Shown: positions 1-10,632 of the stretch, in pieces
How positions within the stretch are numbered: the stretch's first letter is position 1
How the letters are laid out: the number at the start of each line of letters is the position of its first letter
NCBI GenBank assembly: GCA_000708835.1
Contig: DF237000.1
Span: forward strand, 4,166 to 68,165
Length of the DNA: 64,000 nt
Source: Klebsormidium nitens
Lineage: Eukaryota > Plantae > Klebsormidiophyceae
Direction of reading: 5' to 3'
The notes under the pieces: generated by a model
The model's database searches: none
What the model was told of the DNA's origin: nothing
Seen by the model: the letters and a program-made list of their open reading frames with translations, nothing else
Program-made: the position numbers and the translations under genes

Positions 1-1197
1 TAAACTTCAGCAACACTTGTTTCGGGCTTTCCATGGAAAGCACACCGCAACTGTGACCGGCTCTTGTCAATTGCGCTACATCCATTAATGTGGAATTGTG
101 CACGGTTTACGAGGAGCTATTATCGATTTGAGAAGAGTCTCAACACATTAGAAGACGCTGTCAGGAGTCACTCAATGTGGAAAGTCGGAAAGCAGTGAGG
201 AAGTCTGATTCTGTGCTTGTTGAAGATCCACGGTACTCACAACTCTGACTGATCATGCCTATGGCATGAATAACGAAAAGTCGAAAAGTCCGAGTCCGAT
301 TCATTTCTTGCAAGGACCTTGCAAGGACCATAGCTTATGGTCCACCACCCGGCCATACGGCTTCTACAAGAAGTGTACCCATTTTTGAAATCAGGGTTGC
401 CCATGCCACCATTCCGCTAGGAAACCTTCTCGTGCACCCGAGGAAGGGCAGAATACATGCGTCAGGGTACAAGTTTTCGAAATTACAAAATGGCTACTAG
501 TACTGTATCGAATGAGGAACAGAAGCCTGATGCTTTTGAAGCCTGGGTTGGGGGGTGGGGAGAATTGGAATAATCTCAAACAAGCTCAAGGCAGTAACAC
601 GAGCTCGGAGCTCGACGACAGGTGTCGGCGAAACGAGCTCGATTGGAAACACAGTGTCCGTCCGATGGAGCTTGGACGGCTCGATGAACAGTAATTCGAT
701 ACCTACCGGTCACGGCCGCCGAACCCCAATAGGTCGGTACCGTAACCCAACGATGTGCACCGCGTTTATGTCATCGGAACGGTTTCAGGGGGTTTAGAGT
801 ACCCGTCAATACTGCCCCTTCCAAGTAAGGATTCGAGCAATTCGCCACATGCAGCTGGCGGAACTTGCTCGATGGTCCATCGAGCAGCGATACAAGTTCC
901 AATTCTCCCCACCCCCCCTCCCTGGAACCTGGAAAGACACAGAGTCAAAGAGGTCATGGCTGTCCTGAGGCTGAGAACAGCAAGTATCACCAGTATCACC
1001 TTATGAAAAGAAGGAAGACAGAGCGTTGTAGCGCCGCACACGTAGAAGCTTTCATAGGGCCGCGTGCTGATCTCTCTTGCTCAGCAAGTTGCTGGAGTCT
1101 GCCCGGAGAGGGCGCAGAAAACATAGGAAGGCAGGTCAGGAGCTGACCCCGTTCTTTGTACCCAGTGTGGCAGGAGAATTGGCCGCAGCCCTCAACC

Positions 1198-4100
1198 ATG
1201 GACGAGAGCTGGCACCGCCGCAGCAATGACACCACCAGCTCCTATGGGCAGACGTTCAAACGGTCCAAAATGGTTTTAAATACTGGTGATGATCTGGTCC
1301 ATTTCAACAGCAGCCCTCTTGATGCATCCACTGGTCCAAAAAGCTGCTTCGAGCCTGGCAAAATTGGGGCAGCATTGGAGACCCCGTTGCTTGAGCAGTA
1401 CAGAAGTGCGCTCAGCGATCTGAACGGAAGGGCCTTCCCAAAAGAGAAAGGAGTCTCCGGGGGCTTTGCAAGGAGAAAGGAAAACCAGGAGCCTCATTTC
1501 CAACCCGTCAGCTCCTTCAGGGTACGCAGTCAGAAATCCTTTCCTGCCGAGCCTTCCCGACAGCACTACAACCATCTGGCTGGCAGTTGCGCTGAAGCAA
1601 GTAACTGTCAGGACGGTGATCTCAAGCTGCTCTCGGCGCATCCCCCAGTATCTCCTGTCAGCTTAGACTGGCAGGATTCCCAAGTCAAGCTCTCCCAGTC
1701 TGAGACCCGTTGCTTAGGTGAACCAAATGCAGGACCTGCGTACAAGGGAGGGTGCACAAACTCTGAGACATCAGACGAAGAAGAAGATGATGCCGACCTG
1801 TTCTACGACTGGAGAGCAGCCGCAGGTGCGGCCACACAAGAGGACAGTGCCTCCGAGAAAGCTCATGCAGAGTCAGGAGCAGCTACTGACAGGCCTTCCA
1901 AGCAGGGTTTTGAAGCAACTCAATGCAGCAGAAACGGAGCCATTTGGGAAGTCGGCGTCACTGTCCAGAGCCTTGGAGGTCAGTGTTGGAGTCAGAACGA
2001 GTCTCTCCCGAGTTGCCAGGATGCTAAACAAGACCCTGAGGAGCAGAAAGCGCAGGCAGATAGTGACCTGGAGAATGACAGTCAAGAGGGGGCCCTTTCT
2101 CAGCTGCTCGAGATGGTGGACGAGGATGTACTCAAGCCTGGCAGTGACATAGAAGCAGACTGCGTTGGTCCCAATACTGAACCAGAGTTTATGAGAATCA
2201 GTGACGTAAACTCTGCGCGGTGTGAACTGCCGTTGTTGATGGAGAATACGTCAACTTCCGGTCAGAAAGGGAGAGTTCTCAGCAGAGAGGAGCGGAGCCG
2301 GTTCATTCTGGAGGCATCTCAGGCGGTGCTGACAGACTCTGGGGATCAGAGTGGGGGCGAAGAATCAGAGGGGGAGGATGACGAGGCGCTGGAGTGTCCA
2401 GTGTGTGGCGTCAGTCTGAAGCAGATGGAAGCGGCCAGTCGGGATGCGCACACAAACCGGTGCTTGGATGGAGCGGAAGGAGAGGTGAGATGACAACTTC
2501 GGACAGGCCTTGTTTCGAGGTTGATGGTAGCAGGAAGAGGTTGCTTCTGATCAGCGGGGCAAGCAGGGCCCAAAAGTATGCGGATGGGTTCCCTACTTCG
2601 AGCCATTAACTTTGTGTTCCAAGAACAACTCGATGCTTTGCAGAACAGTTTATCCTGACGCGGCAACTGCAAATGCAGAAATTAAGCGAAAATGGAGACT
2701 TTGATGGACCTTTCTCTTGCTTGCATAAGCTTCCTGACGAGACTGTAGATGTTACAATCCCTCAATTCCAACCCAAGAAGTTGGCTTCGTGGATTTCAAC
2801 TGCTTGCGCTCAAGAACAAGGAAGCTGCCTTCGCTCGTGAAGCTCTTGCGCTCAGACGTCACCACTAGCAAAGAGAACACACCTCAGCCGATCCCACCAG
2901 TAATCTACGTCCACAGCATGATCTCCCTTCACTTTTCTCAGGACGACCATCACGCTGACTCAGCCAAGGCCGCCTCTCCCCCGGACCCCTCTGCCACAGA
3001 CGTAAACCGTTGCGGCCTCGACAATGCCCCGCTCGTTGCGTGGCTCGACAGACTGCAGCTGGGACGATATGCGGAAGCTTTTGTAAAAGAAGAGGTCGAC
3101 TTCGACGCTCTTCACTGTCTAAAAGAGGAGGTGGGGTTTCTTCGCGTCTGCTTTGTGAGAAAACATCTCTGGTATGTGCATATAAGGCTCTGCTGTAGCA
3201 TATTCCAGCAACAAGAACTGGGATGCATCTGCTAGAAGTTCCTTTGCTACAAGTTTCTTTCTCAGTTCTCTTCTTCCAGCTTGCTTTTGCCGTCTCTTCT
3301 TGGCTGTTTTGGACGTTGAAGCTCGTTATCCTCCTATGCAGGACCTGGAGTCGATGGGAGTCGTTACATTGGGGCCCAAACGGAAGCTGCTGGCTGCTAT
3401 CGAGACGCTCAGGAGGCGGTCGGAAGGGGAAAGCACACCAGCCGGATCTGCTCATCAGGTTCGTGCTTCCAACTAAAAACCTGGATCAACGATCTTCTGA
3501 TTGGAGGAATCTGGATCATCAAGCTGCTTTCGTTTGCTCTCAAGCACATGTAGTCTGACGTGTTCCTCAAGCAGCAAGAATGTGCGTCTGGCGAGCAACA
3601 ACATTAGAAACCAAGAAATGTCCAGCTGACTGAGAGGAGCACGGTGCCAAGTAGTACTCTGCGGTGCCTCTCGACTTCGTATCCTATTCGTCCAGCTGGT
3701 TTGAACTGCGGCTTCAATATGGAGAGCCGTCATTCCCATGAAACGCCTCTCAGTTGCTAAAAGGCGGCTAAGCAGCTGTGTAATATTGCTCTCGAACCAA
3801 AGGCTTGTTCAGCGTATGCATTTCCCCCGACTTTACATGACTTTTCTTGCTTTTAATTGATATTCCCCCCCATCATCGTGTCAATTTGAGTAGTCATCCG
3901 CTTCTCAGTCCTGCAGGACGCGGCAGCAGACGCACCGCCCGTGCACAAGCCTGCCGCCGCAGCCAACCGCCAAATCACGGACTTCTTCCCGGCGCCTTCC
4001 GGAGGGGTTTCCGCCACCGCCGCCTCTTCCAAGGGCCTCATCACCAACTTCTTCACCACGCCCGATGGCAAACGTCTGCCGCCGCCCTCGCCAGCTGTCG

Positions 4101-7100
4101 CCCCAGCAGCAGGTGCGAATTGCGGTAATTTGCATTTGGAGGTCGTGGGCTCTTGACACGTGTCAGACTCACTGTGGCACTTTGCCCGGCGGCATGACCC
4201 GGGTTGGCTTGGTGCCCTTGCTAGCTGTCGCCCCAGCAGCAGGTACGCATAGTTCGGCCACGTGCCGCGGGGTTGGTGGTTCTTTACTTCGTGTCAGAAC
4301 ACTATCGCGGTTTGCTCAGTCCGGTGCCCTCGCTGGATCGTGGCCCCAGCAGGTGCGCAGCTGTGATCATCTGCCGTAGGTTTGGTGGGCTCTTGACATG
4401 CGTCGGAAGCACTGTCGCTTTTTGCCTGGCGGCATGACCTGGGTTCATTCTTGTCGGAAGCACTACCGCTTTTAGCCTGGCGGCATCACCCGGGTTGAGT
4501 CGGTGCCCTCGCACAAATTATTGTTCAGCAGCAGGTGCGGGATGTGGCCAAGCTTTCTAGGTTTGCTGGCCTCTTGATACGTGTCAGAAGCACCGTAGCA
4601 GTTTGCCTCAGATGTGTCCACGTGAATCAGTTTGATGGGTGCCCGTAGGAAGGTTTGAGATCATTGAGCACCCGATCACGAAATCAGGGCAGCAGGAGCT
4701 TTGTGGTTGGCTCAATTCCATTGTAATGTAGCGCCCAGTCTTGCAGGTTTGTGCGACTCTAATAGATGGCCCTCCTTCAGAAACGCTTGGTTTCCAAAAA
4801 AACTCTTTTGTCCGAAATTTGCAATTTGAGTGTACGGTCTGAGAATGAGGCAGAAAGAAATTGGGGGACATCAATCTTCCGTATTGGCGCGGAGCAAAGG
4901 CCTCTTGCTTTTTTGCGAATTGCATTCCCTGTTTCTCTTTCGTTTTGAGCTGTAAGGGCTGAGCAGATTGATCAGACCCACGTGTTCTTTGCTTGACTGA
5001 AAAGCGGACGGGGCGCCTTCGTTGCGAAATAGGGCAATCCTTCGGGCAAGCGCGCGGGGGTTCCTGGAAGCAGGGTTTGTATCATCAGAGATTCATGTTG
5101 ACAACTTTGTACAACTAAGCTCAATCTCCTTGTTGCCAGGTAGGGGCCGGGGCGCCTTCGTTCCGAAGAAGGGCAATCCCCCGGGCAAGCGCGGGGGTGC
5201 GTGGAAGCAGATCTCCGGGGACCCACACGAGTGGCATCTGGTGCCCGGAACAGACTTCCGGGTTGACGGCTTCCGCTTCCAGAGCCCGCACTGCCGCTAC
5301 TGGTTCCTTTCTCACTTCCATGCCGATCGTAAGTTCGCGTTTCTTTCAACTTGCTTCCCTTTGAGCGATACCTGGGTTTTTATGGAAGTCGTGGTAAGAG
5401 AGTCGACTTCTAGCTCGGTGAAATGTCTTAAAAATACTCGCTGCCATGGCTGCTTCTCTTACCGTGTTTCCAACGGCTGCTTGCAAAGCTTAACAACAGT
5501 TCTTACCTTCAGCAGGGCGAAAACCGATACTCGTCTTGCATTTTGTAACCTGCCTGTAGCGCATTCCCGGAACCCTTCGCATTGAAAGACCAGGCATTGG
5601 ATAGGAAGGAGACATACGTTTCCCCTAAGCGATCTGAACGCGGGTAGCGTCGAAGCCAAAAGTTTGTCGACTCTAAGAGCTCGTCAAGCCTTGTGCCCTG
5701 CAAACTACTAGGGCCTGACCCGCAACTTCCGGCACGGCGTCATCTTCATCCGTGACGAAACTGTTGTCGACGCTGAACTCTTAGCCAGTCTGATTCTCCT
5801 ATTACGAGTATCACTTCCTGTTTAAGAAAGAACGAAAAGAAATAAAAGCACTGTCAAATTTTGCCCTGCTCACCAGGCTGCCAGGGCCTGACCCGCAACT
5901 TCGGGCACGGCGTCATCTTCCTTCATGACAAAATTGCTTCCGATGCTGAACTCTCAGTCATTCTGAATCCGATATTACGAAGACCACTATGTTTCATTAG
6001 AAGAAATGAATCTACATAGACATTCTGTGCCCCACAGACTACCAGGGCCTGACCCGCAACTTGCGGCACGGCGTTGACTTCACTCACTGGACGAAAGTGT
6101 TTCCGACGCTGAACTCTGCTCGAATCTGGCAATCGGATTTCCAGATTGCCAAAGCTGATTGTTTCAGTGCAAAAACGAGGGAAAAAAACAAAGAAAGCAT
6201 TCTGTGCCCCACAGACTGCCAGGGCCTGACCCGCAACTTCCGTCCCGGCGTCATCTTCATTTACCGAACGAAAGCGTTTTCGACGCTGAAGTCGCCTTCA
6301 ATCAGAACCCCAAATCACGGAATATGATAATTTCTGTTAGAACAAAAGAGCTCAAAAGAAAAGAAAAGAAAGAAGCATCCTGTGCCTCACAGACTACCAG
6401 GGCCTGACCCGCAACTTCCGGCACGGCGTCATTTTCTGCACGCCCATCACGGCGCGCCTGGTCCACATGAAGCTGGGCGTCCCGCTGGAGAAGCTCCGCC
6501 CGCTGCCGCTCAACGAGCGCACGCGCGTCGACAACTGCCACGTCACCCTCCTGGAGGCCAACCACTGCCCGGGGGCGGCCATGATGCTCTTCGAGCCCGA
6601 CGGCGCCAAGGTGACGTCAGCATAATTTCTTAGAGAAGGGGAGTTGCGTGGATTGGAGGTGTCATTGAGGGAGATTGTCTGTTCGAGCGAGAAAGCTTAC
6701 TTCGATGAGTGGAATTCACAGTCAGCTTCACGAACTTTAGAATCGTGATGGCATCCCCGTCACTCTGGCGGGATCCTCGCAATGCATGAGGAGTAAAGGC
6801 GTCTTGACGCAACACTTTGCATTGCGAACCTTCTTCGTCTTCCCAACCCGCTTTGCACAGCGTCAATGTATTACTCAGAAGAACCATACGAAATTCTAAA
6901 ACAAAAAGATCTTGCTCCGATTTCCTGCTGCCACAAGCCGACGTTCAGCCCAGCCATTTCTCCAATTTTTCTACGCATCCAAATCTCATAAGTAAGCACT
7001 TTAATTGAGAATTTCTGCTTCTTGATTCGCAGCCGACTCTTCACACCGGCGACTTCCGCTACTGTCCCGCCATGGCGCGCTACCCCGCGCTCCGAGCAGT

Positions 7101-9966
7101 GGAAATCGGCACCCTGATTCTGGACACCACGTACTGCGACCCCCAGTACGACTTCCCGGAGCAGGATGCCGTCATCCAGTTCGTCATCGATGCGATCCAA
7201 GCCGAGACGTTCAACCCCAAGACGCTCTTTCTGATCGGGGCTTACACCATCGGTGAGTCTCAGGGTCATTCAGTTCAGTTTTATAGTCATTCTGTCTCAA
7301 TTTTCATCATCAACTTTTCTAGACACCCAGTTTGTCGTTGGCGCATCTTGAGCAGAGACATTCAACCCCGAGACGCCCTTCCTGATCGGGGCCTAGACTT
7401 GATCGGTGAGTTTAGGGTCACCCACTTTGGTTTTGGGGTCAGTTTCAGTTTCTGGTGTCAAGGTTAAGTTACCCAGTTCGGCAGCGGCGCAGTACAGGCC
7501 GAGGTGTTCAATCCCCAGACGCTGTTCCTGGTTGGAGTCTACACGATTGGAAAGTGTGCCAGAGCGGTGATACAGGAGAAACGGAAACATCGTCAAGTGG
7601 GGCACCAAACCAGGCCCTTTGTTGGATCTTTTTTACCACGTTTCCAAAGCAGGCTCTCGCCGAAGGCGCTACGGAACGACACGTCTGCAACCAGGAACGA
7701 CACATCTGCACCCAGGCAACGAGTGCGTTTTTTCCGGGAGGTCGCTTGGGCGCTAAGAAGAAAGTGGGTAGCTATGACCGTTAACGGCCCGTTTGAATCT
7801 CCAGGCTCTCAGAACCGGAAACTTTGTTACGACTTGTCGCGCTCCAGATTAGGCTCCAGCTGAATGCGAGTTGGCGTCCGAGAACGGAGCAGCTAATTCT
7901 GCAGGCTCACTTCTTTGCCATTAAGCTCTCAAGGAAGACTCCCAACTAACGAACAGTTCGCATTCACGCATGGAGCGCGTGTGTTTGCAAAGTCGCGCGT
8001 GAGCTCAACACCAACTTCTTCGACAGTAAGCTCTCAAGGAAGCCTCCCTACTAACAAAAACCTTGCATCTAGGGAAAGAGCGCGTGTTTCTGGAAGTCGC
8101 GCGAGAGCTCAACACCAACTCCCCGACAGTACGCTCTCAAGGAAGGCTCTCGTCTAACGAAAAGTTTGCACTCAGGCAAGGAGCGCGTTTTTCTAAAAGT
8201 TGCTCGGGAGCTTAACACCAACTTCTTCAAAGTAAGCTCTCAAGGTAAGGCTCTCAACTAACGATAATTTTGTATTTAGGCAAGGAGCGCGTGTTTCTGG
8301 AGGTTGCTCGGGAGCTCAACACCAAGGTGTACGTCGGGGCTGCGCGGCGCAAGGTGCTCGCGTGCCTGGACCTGCCCGCCGAGGACATGGCGCGACTCAC
8401 CAGTGAGTGCCCACGTCATTTGTGACGTCACATAGACTGCGGTCAAACCCCGCCCCTTTTGCCCCTCTTTCCTCACGAATAGCTTCTGCGGCGTGGCGCA
8501 AGGTGCGTGTGCCTGGACCTGCCGGCCGAGGACATGGCGCGACTTACCAGTGAGTGCCCTTGTCATCTGTGGCGTCACTATTGTACTTCGGCCGACTCCA
8601 AATCCCTTTCTCCTAGTCGATTGGTGCTGCGCGGCGCAAGGCGCTAGCGTGCCTGAACCTGCTCGGTGAGGACATGGCACGACACACGAGTGAGTCCCGA
8701 CGTCACATGTGACGTCATCATAGACTGGGGTCAAACTCGCAGCTTTTCCCCCTTCTTTTTCATGAATAGCTTTTGCTGCGTGACGTAAGGTGCTCGCGTT
8801 TCCTGGACCCGGCCGCCGAGGGACCTGGCATGACACACGAGTGAGTGCCCACGTCAACCGTGACGTCACTATAAACCGTGGTCAAACCCGAGTACTTCCC
8901 CTTTCCCCAGTAGCCTGTGGAAGAGGAGTAGAGGGGTCGGACGGAAACTTCTGCATCAACGGTCTCTGGATCGGCATCGGCCCACGTTCTCTTGCATCGC
9001 TTGTCCGGAAAAGGTCGCCTCACTTGACAAAATGGGTGCAGGACTTCCGTTTTTGGCTCCATCGCCGCTTCCCTAGGATTGGCAGAACTGCGCCACTTTG
9101 CTTTTGGCTCACACGTGTTGCTCTGGTATGGGCGCAGCTAACGAGAATGAGAGCAACGTCCACGTGGTGCCCCTGTGGTCGCTGGCCAACTTCAAGCGGC
9201 TGACCACGATTGCTAAGCACTACCAGGGGCGGTACAACACCTTCGTCAGCTTCTCGCCGACCGGTGAGCGTTCCTTCAAAGGCCCGGGTTGATCCATTCA
9301 TACTGAAAGAAAGGTCGTATACCGGCAACAATGGTTTCTGAGGATGAAGCGTTTCGTTGTTAGAGGTTTGACGGTTCAGATTGTGTACCGAAATGTGGGT
9401 CAATGGTCGGCAAAAGCGGCGTTCTGCGTTTCTATGGTGCGTCCTGTTGTCTTGTCTGCACCATAAAACGGACGTACTCACATCCGCCGCCTGGATTGAG
9501 CAGCTTCACAGACGTTAATCTACGCGCCCAAGCTTGCACATCACTCCATTCCAGGGGAAGCTACTTCTCCCATCAGGATATGAGTGCACTGGATGTCTTT
9601 TGACGGTGTTTTCAGGCGGCAGCGGACATCATGAGTCAATCAAAGAGACGTCGTGGTCTTATAGACATCAGTTGTCATGAATGTCCGTCCAGATTTATTC
9701 CGTGAGGTTTGACAAAGCGCTCCCCCCGCGCAGGCTGGAGTTTCGGACGCGGCAAGAAGCGGACGACGGGCACGCGCCGGCAGCAGGGCACCATCGTCCG
9801 CTACGAGGTGCCGTACAGCGAGCACAGCAGCTTCAGCGAGCTGCGCGCTTTTGTGCGCGTGGTCAGGCCGGGCTACATTTTACCGCATGTGAATAACGAC
9901 GGGGGCCCAAAAGCCGAGGCGATGCTTCGGGAGCTGCTGAAAGAACGCGAGCCAGATGCCCAATAA
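1198..9966 (+). CDS. SNM1: SNM1/PSO2 (DCLRE1A-like) DNA interstrand cross-link repair metallo-beta-lactamase/beta-CASP nuclease with UBZ zinc finger and SAM domain
   Basis: Exons 1198-2484, 2942-3130, 3342-3458, 3917-4112, 5140-5328, 6393-6610, 7033-7252, 8280-8402, 9138-9263, 9734-9966, all GT-AG and phase-consistent. Motifs: VPGTDFRVDGF, LSHFHADHYQGL, EANHCPGA, LHTGDFR, LDTTYC, YTIGKERVF, PTGW, VPYSEHSSF. Also CPVC..H..CLD (UBZ) and WLDRLQLGRYAEAFVKEEVD...LGPKRKLL (SAM). The start codon and a possible extra exon in intron 1 are less certain. Confidence 0.93.
4093..4610 (+). repeat. Degenerate tandem array copying the SNM1 exon-4 end, donor site and intron start (~4 units)
   Basis: gccccagcagcaggt-like donor copies end at 4114, 4244, ~4354 and ~4536. 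The units also share ggctcttgaca(c/t)g(t/c)gtc, cggcggcatgacc and ggtgccct(c/t)gc. Confidence 0.8.
5690..6440 (+). repeat. Tandem array of 4 copies (~160-180 bp) of the SNM1 exon-6 acceptor and first ~45 coding nt
   Basis: agggcctgacccgcaact follows junction positions 5703, 5876, 6037, 6214 and the real acceptor at 6392. Confidence 0.92.
7923..8326 (+). repeat. Tandem array of ~104-bp units copying the SNM1 exon-8 acceptor and first ~47 coding nt
   Basis: Units start at 7923, 8028, 8131 and 8234 (aagctctcaagg..ctaac..gagcgcgt..gagct(c/t)aacaccaa). The last unit runs into the real exon. Confidence 0.92.
8337..8880 (+). repeat. Tandem array (~140-150 bp units) copying the SNM1 exon-8 3' end, donor site and intron start
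   Basis: The original and 3 copies of gcgcaagg..cctg(g/a)acc..gaggacatggc..gtgagt(g/c)cc..gtca..gacgtca. Confidence 0.88.
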
Positions 9967-10632
9967 GCGGGCGGCAAGACGCCCATTAATTGCGTTCGAG
10001 GAGAGACAGTGGGTGTGTACTGAAGCGGGGAATGGTTTCCAGCTTGCTTAAAGGTGCAGGAGGAGCAGGGCCCGAACTGATTTGAAGACTGTGTACAGTA
10101 CAACGAGCTCACGGCCGGTCAGCAGGAGAAAACGGTCACTGTGGAACGTACATCGTTGTATACCGTACAATAACACGGACCTGTGTCATGCATCATATCG
10201 CGTCAGCAGCCGCCATATGGGACGTCCATTCCGACATCTGGGGGTGCATACGGACGGTACAGCAGCGCACTTACGTACCGTCGATCTATTCGGCTAAGAT
10301 TTAAACGCATCATTGTAACTTCGAAACTGGCATATGCTGCATGGGTATTACACTTGCGGCATGTCAGTTAACTGTCTATGGTCGAGCGTGGCCACTGGCG
10401 GCCTCTAATTCAGCCATTGAAGCTCCGATGCATGCATGCAACTGGTGGACTGCTTTCCATCTAATTGTTGCTCTGACTGTCCTTTTGGGGTCGGCATAAA
10501 TGCGATTGCCAACACTCTTTGGTCACGCAATCCCAGGCTGTACAAGTAATAAAGTTGAATGTGCGAATGTTTACTCGACTCAGCCAATTTGCGCTACTCC
10601 TCAGCTCACAGTGGGCCGAACCAAGAATCTAA

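Noticed and set aside
7540-7590. YTIG-K read-through suggesting a spliced retrocopy of SNM1
   Set aside because: gaaagt is more simply a mutated GTAAGT donor, and a separate exon-8-like copy with its own AG follows ~160 nt later.
5690-8880. Repeat-spacer-like arrays that could be read as CRISPR
   Set aside because: Units are degenerate, the 'spacers' are homologous to each other, the conserved part is host exon sequence, the context is eukaryotic introns, and no cas genes are present.
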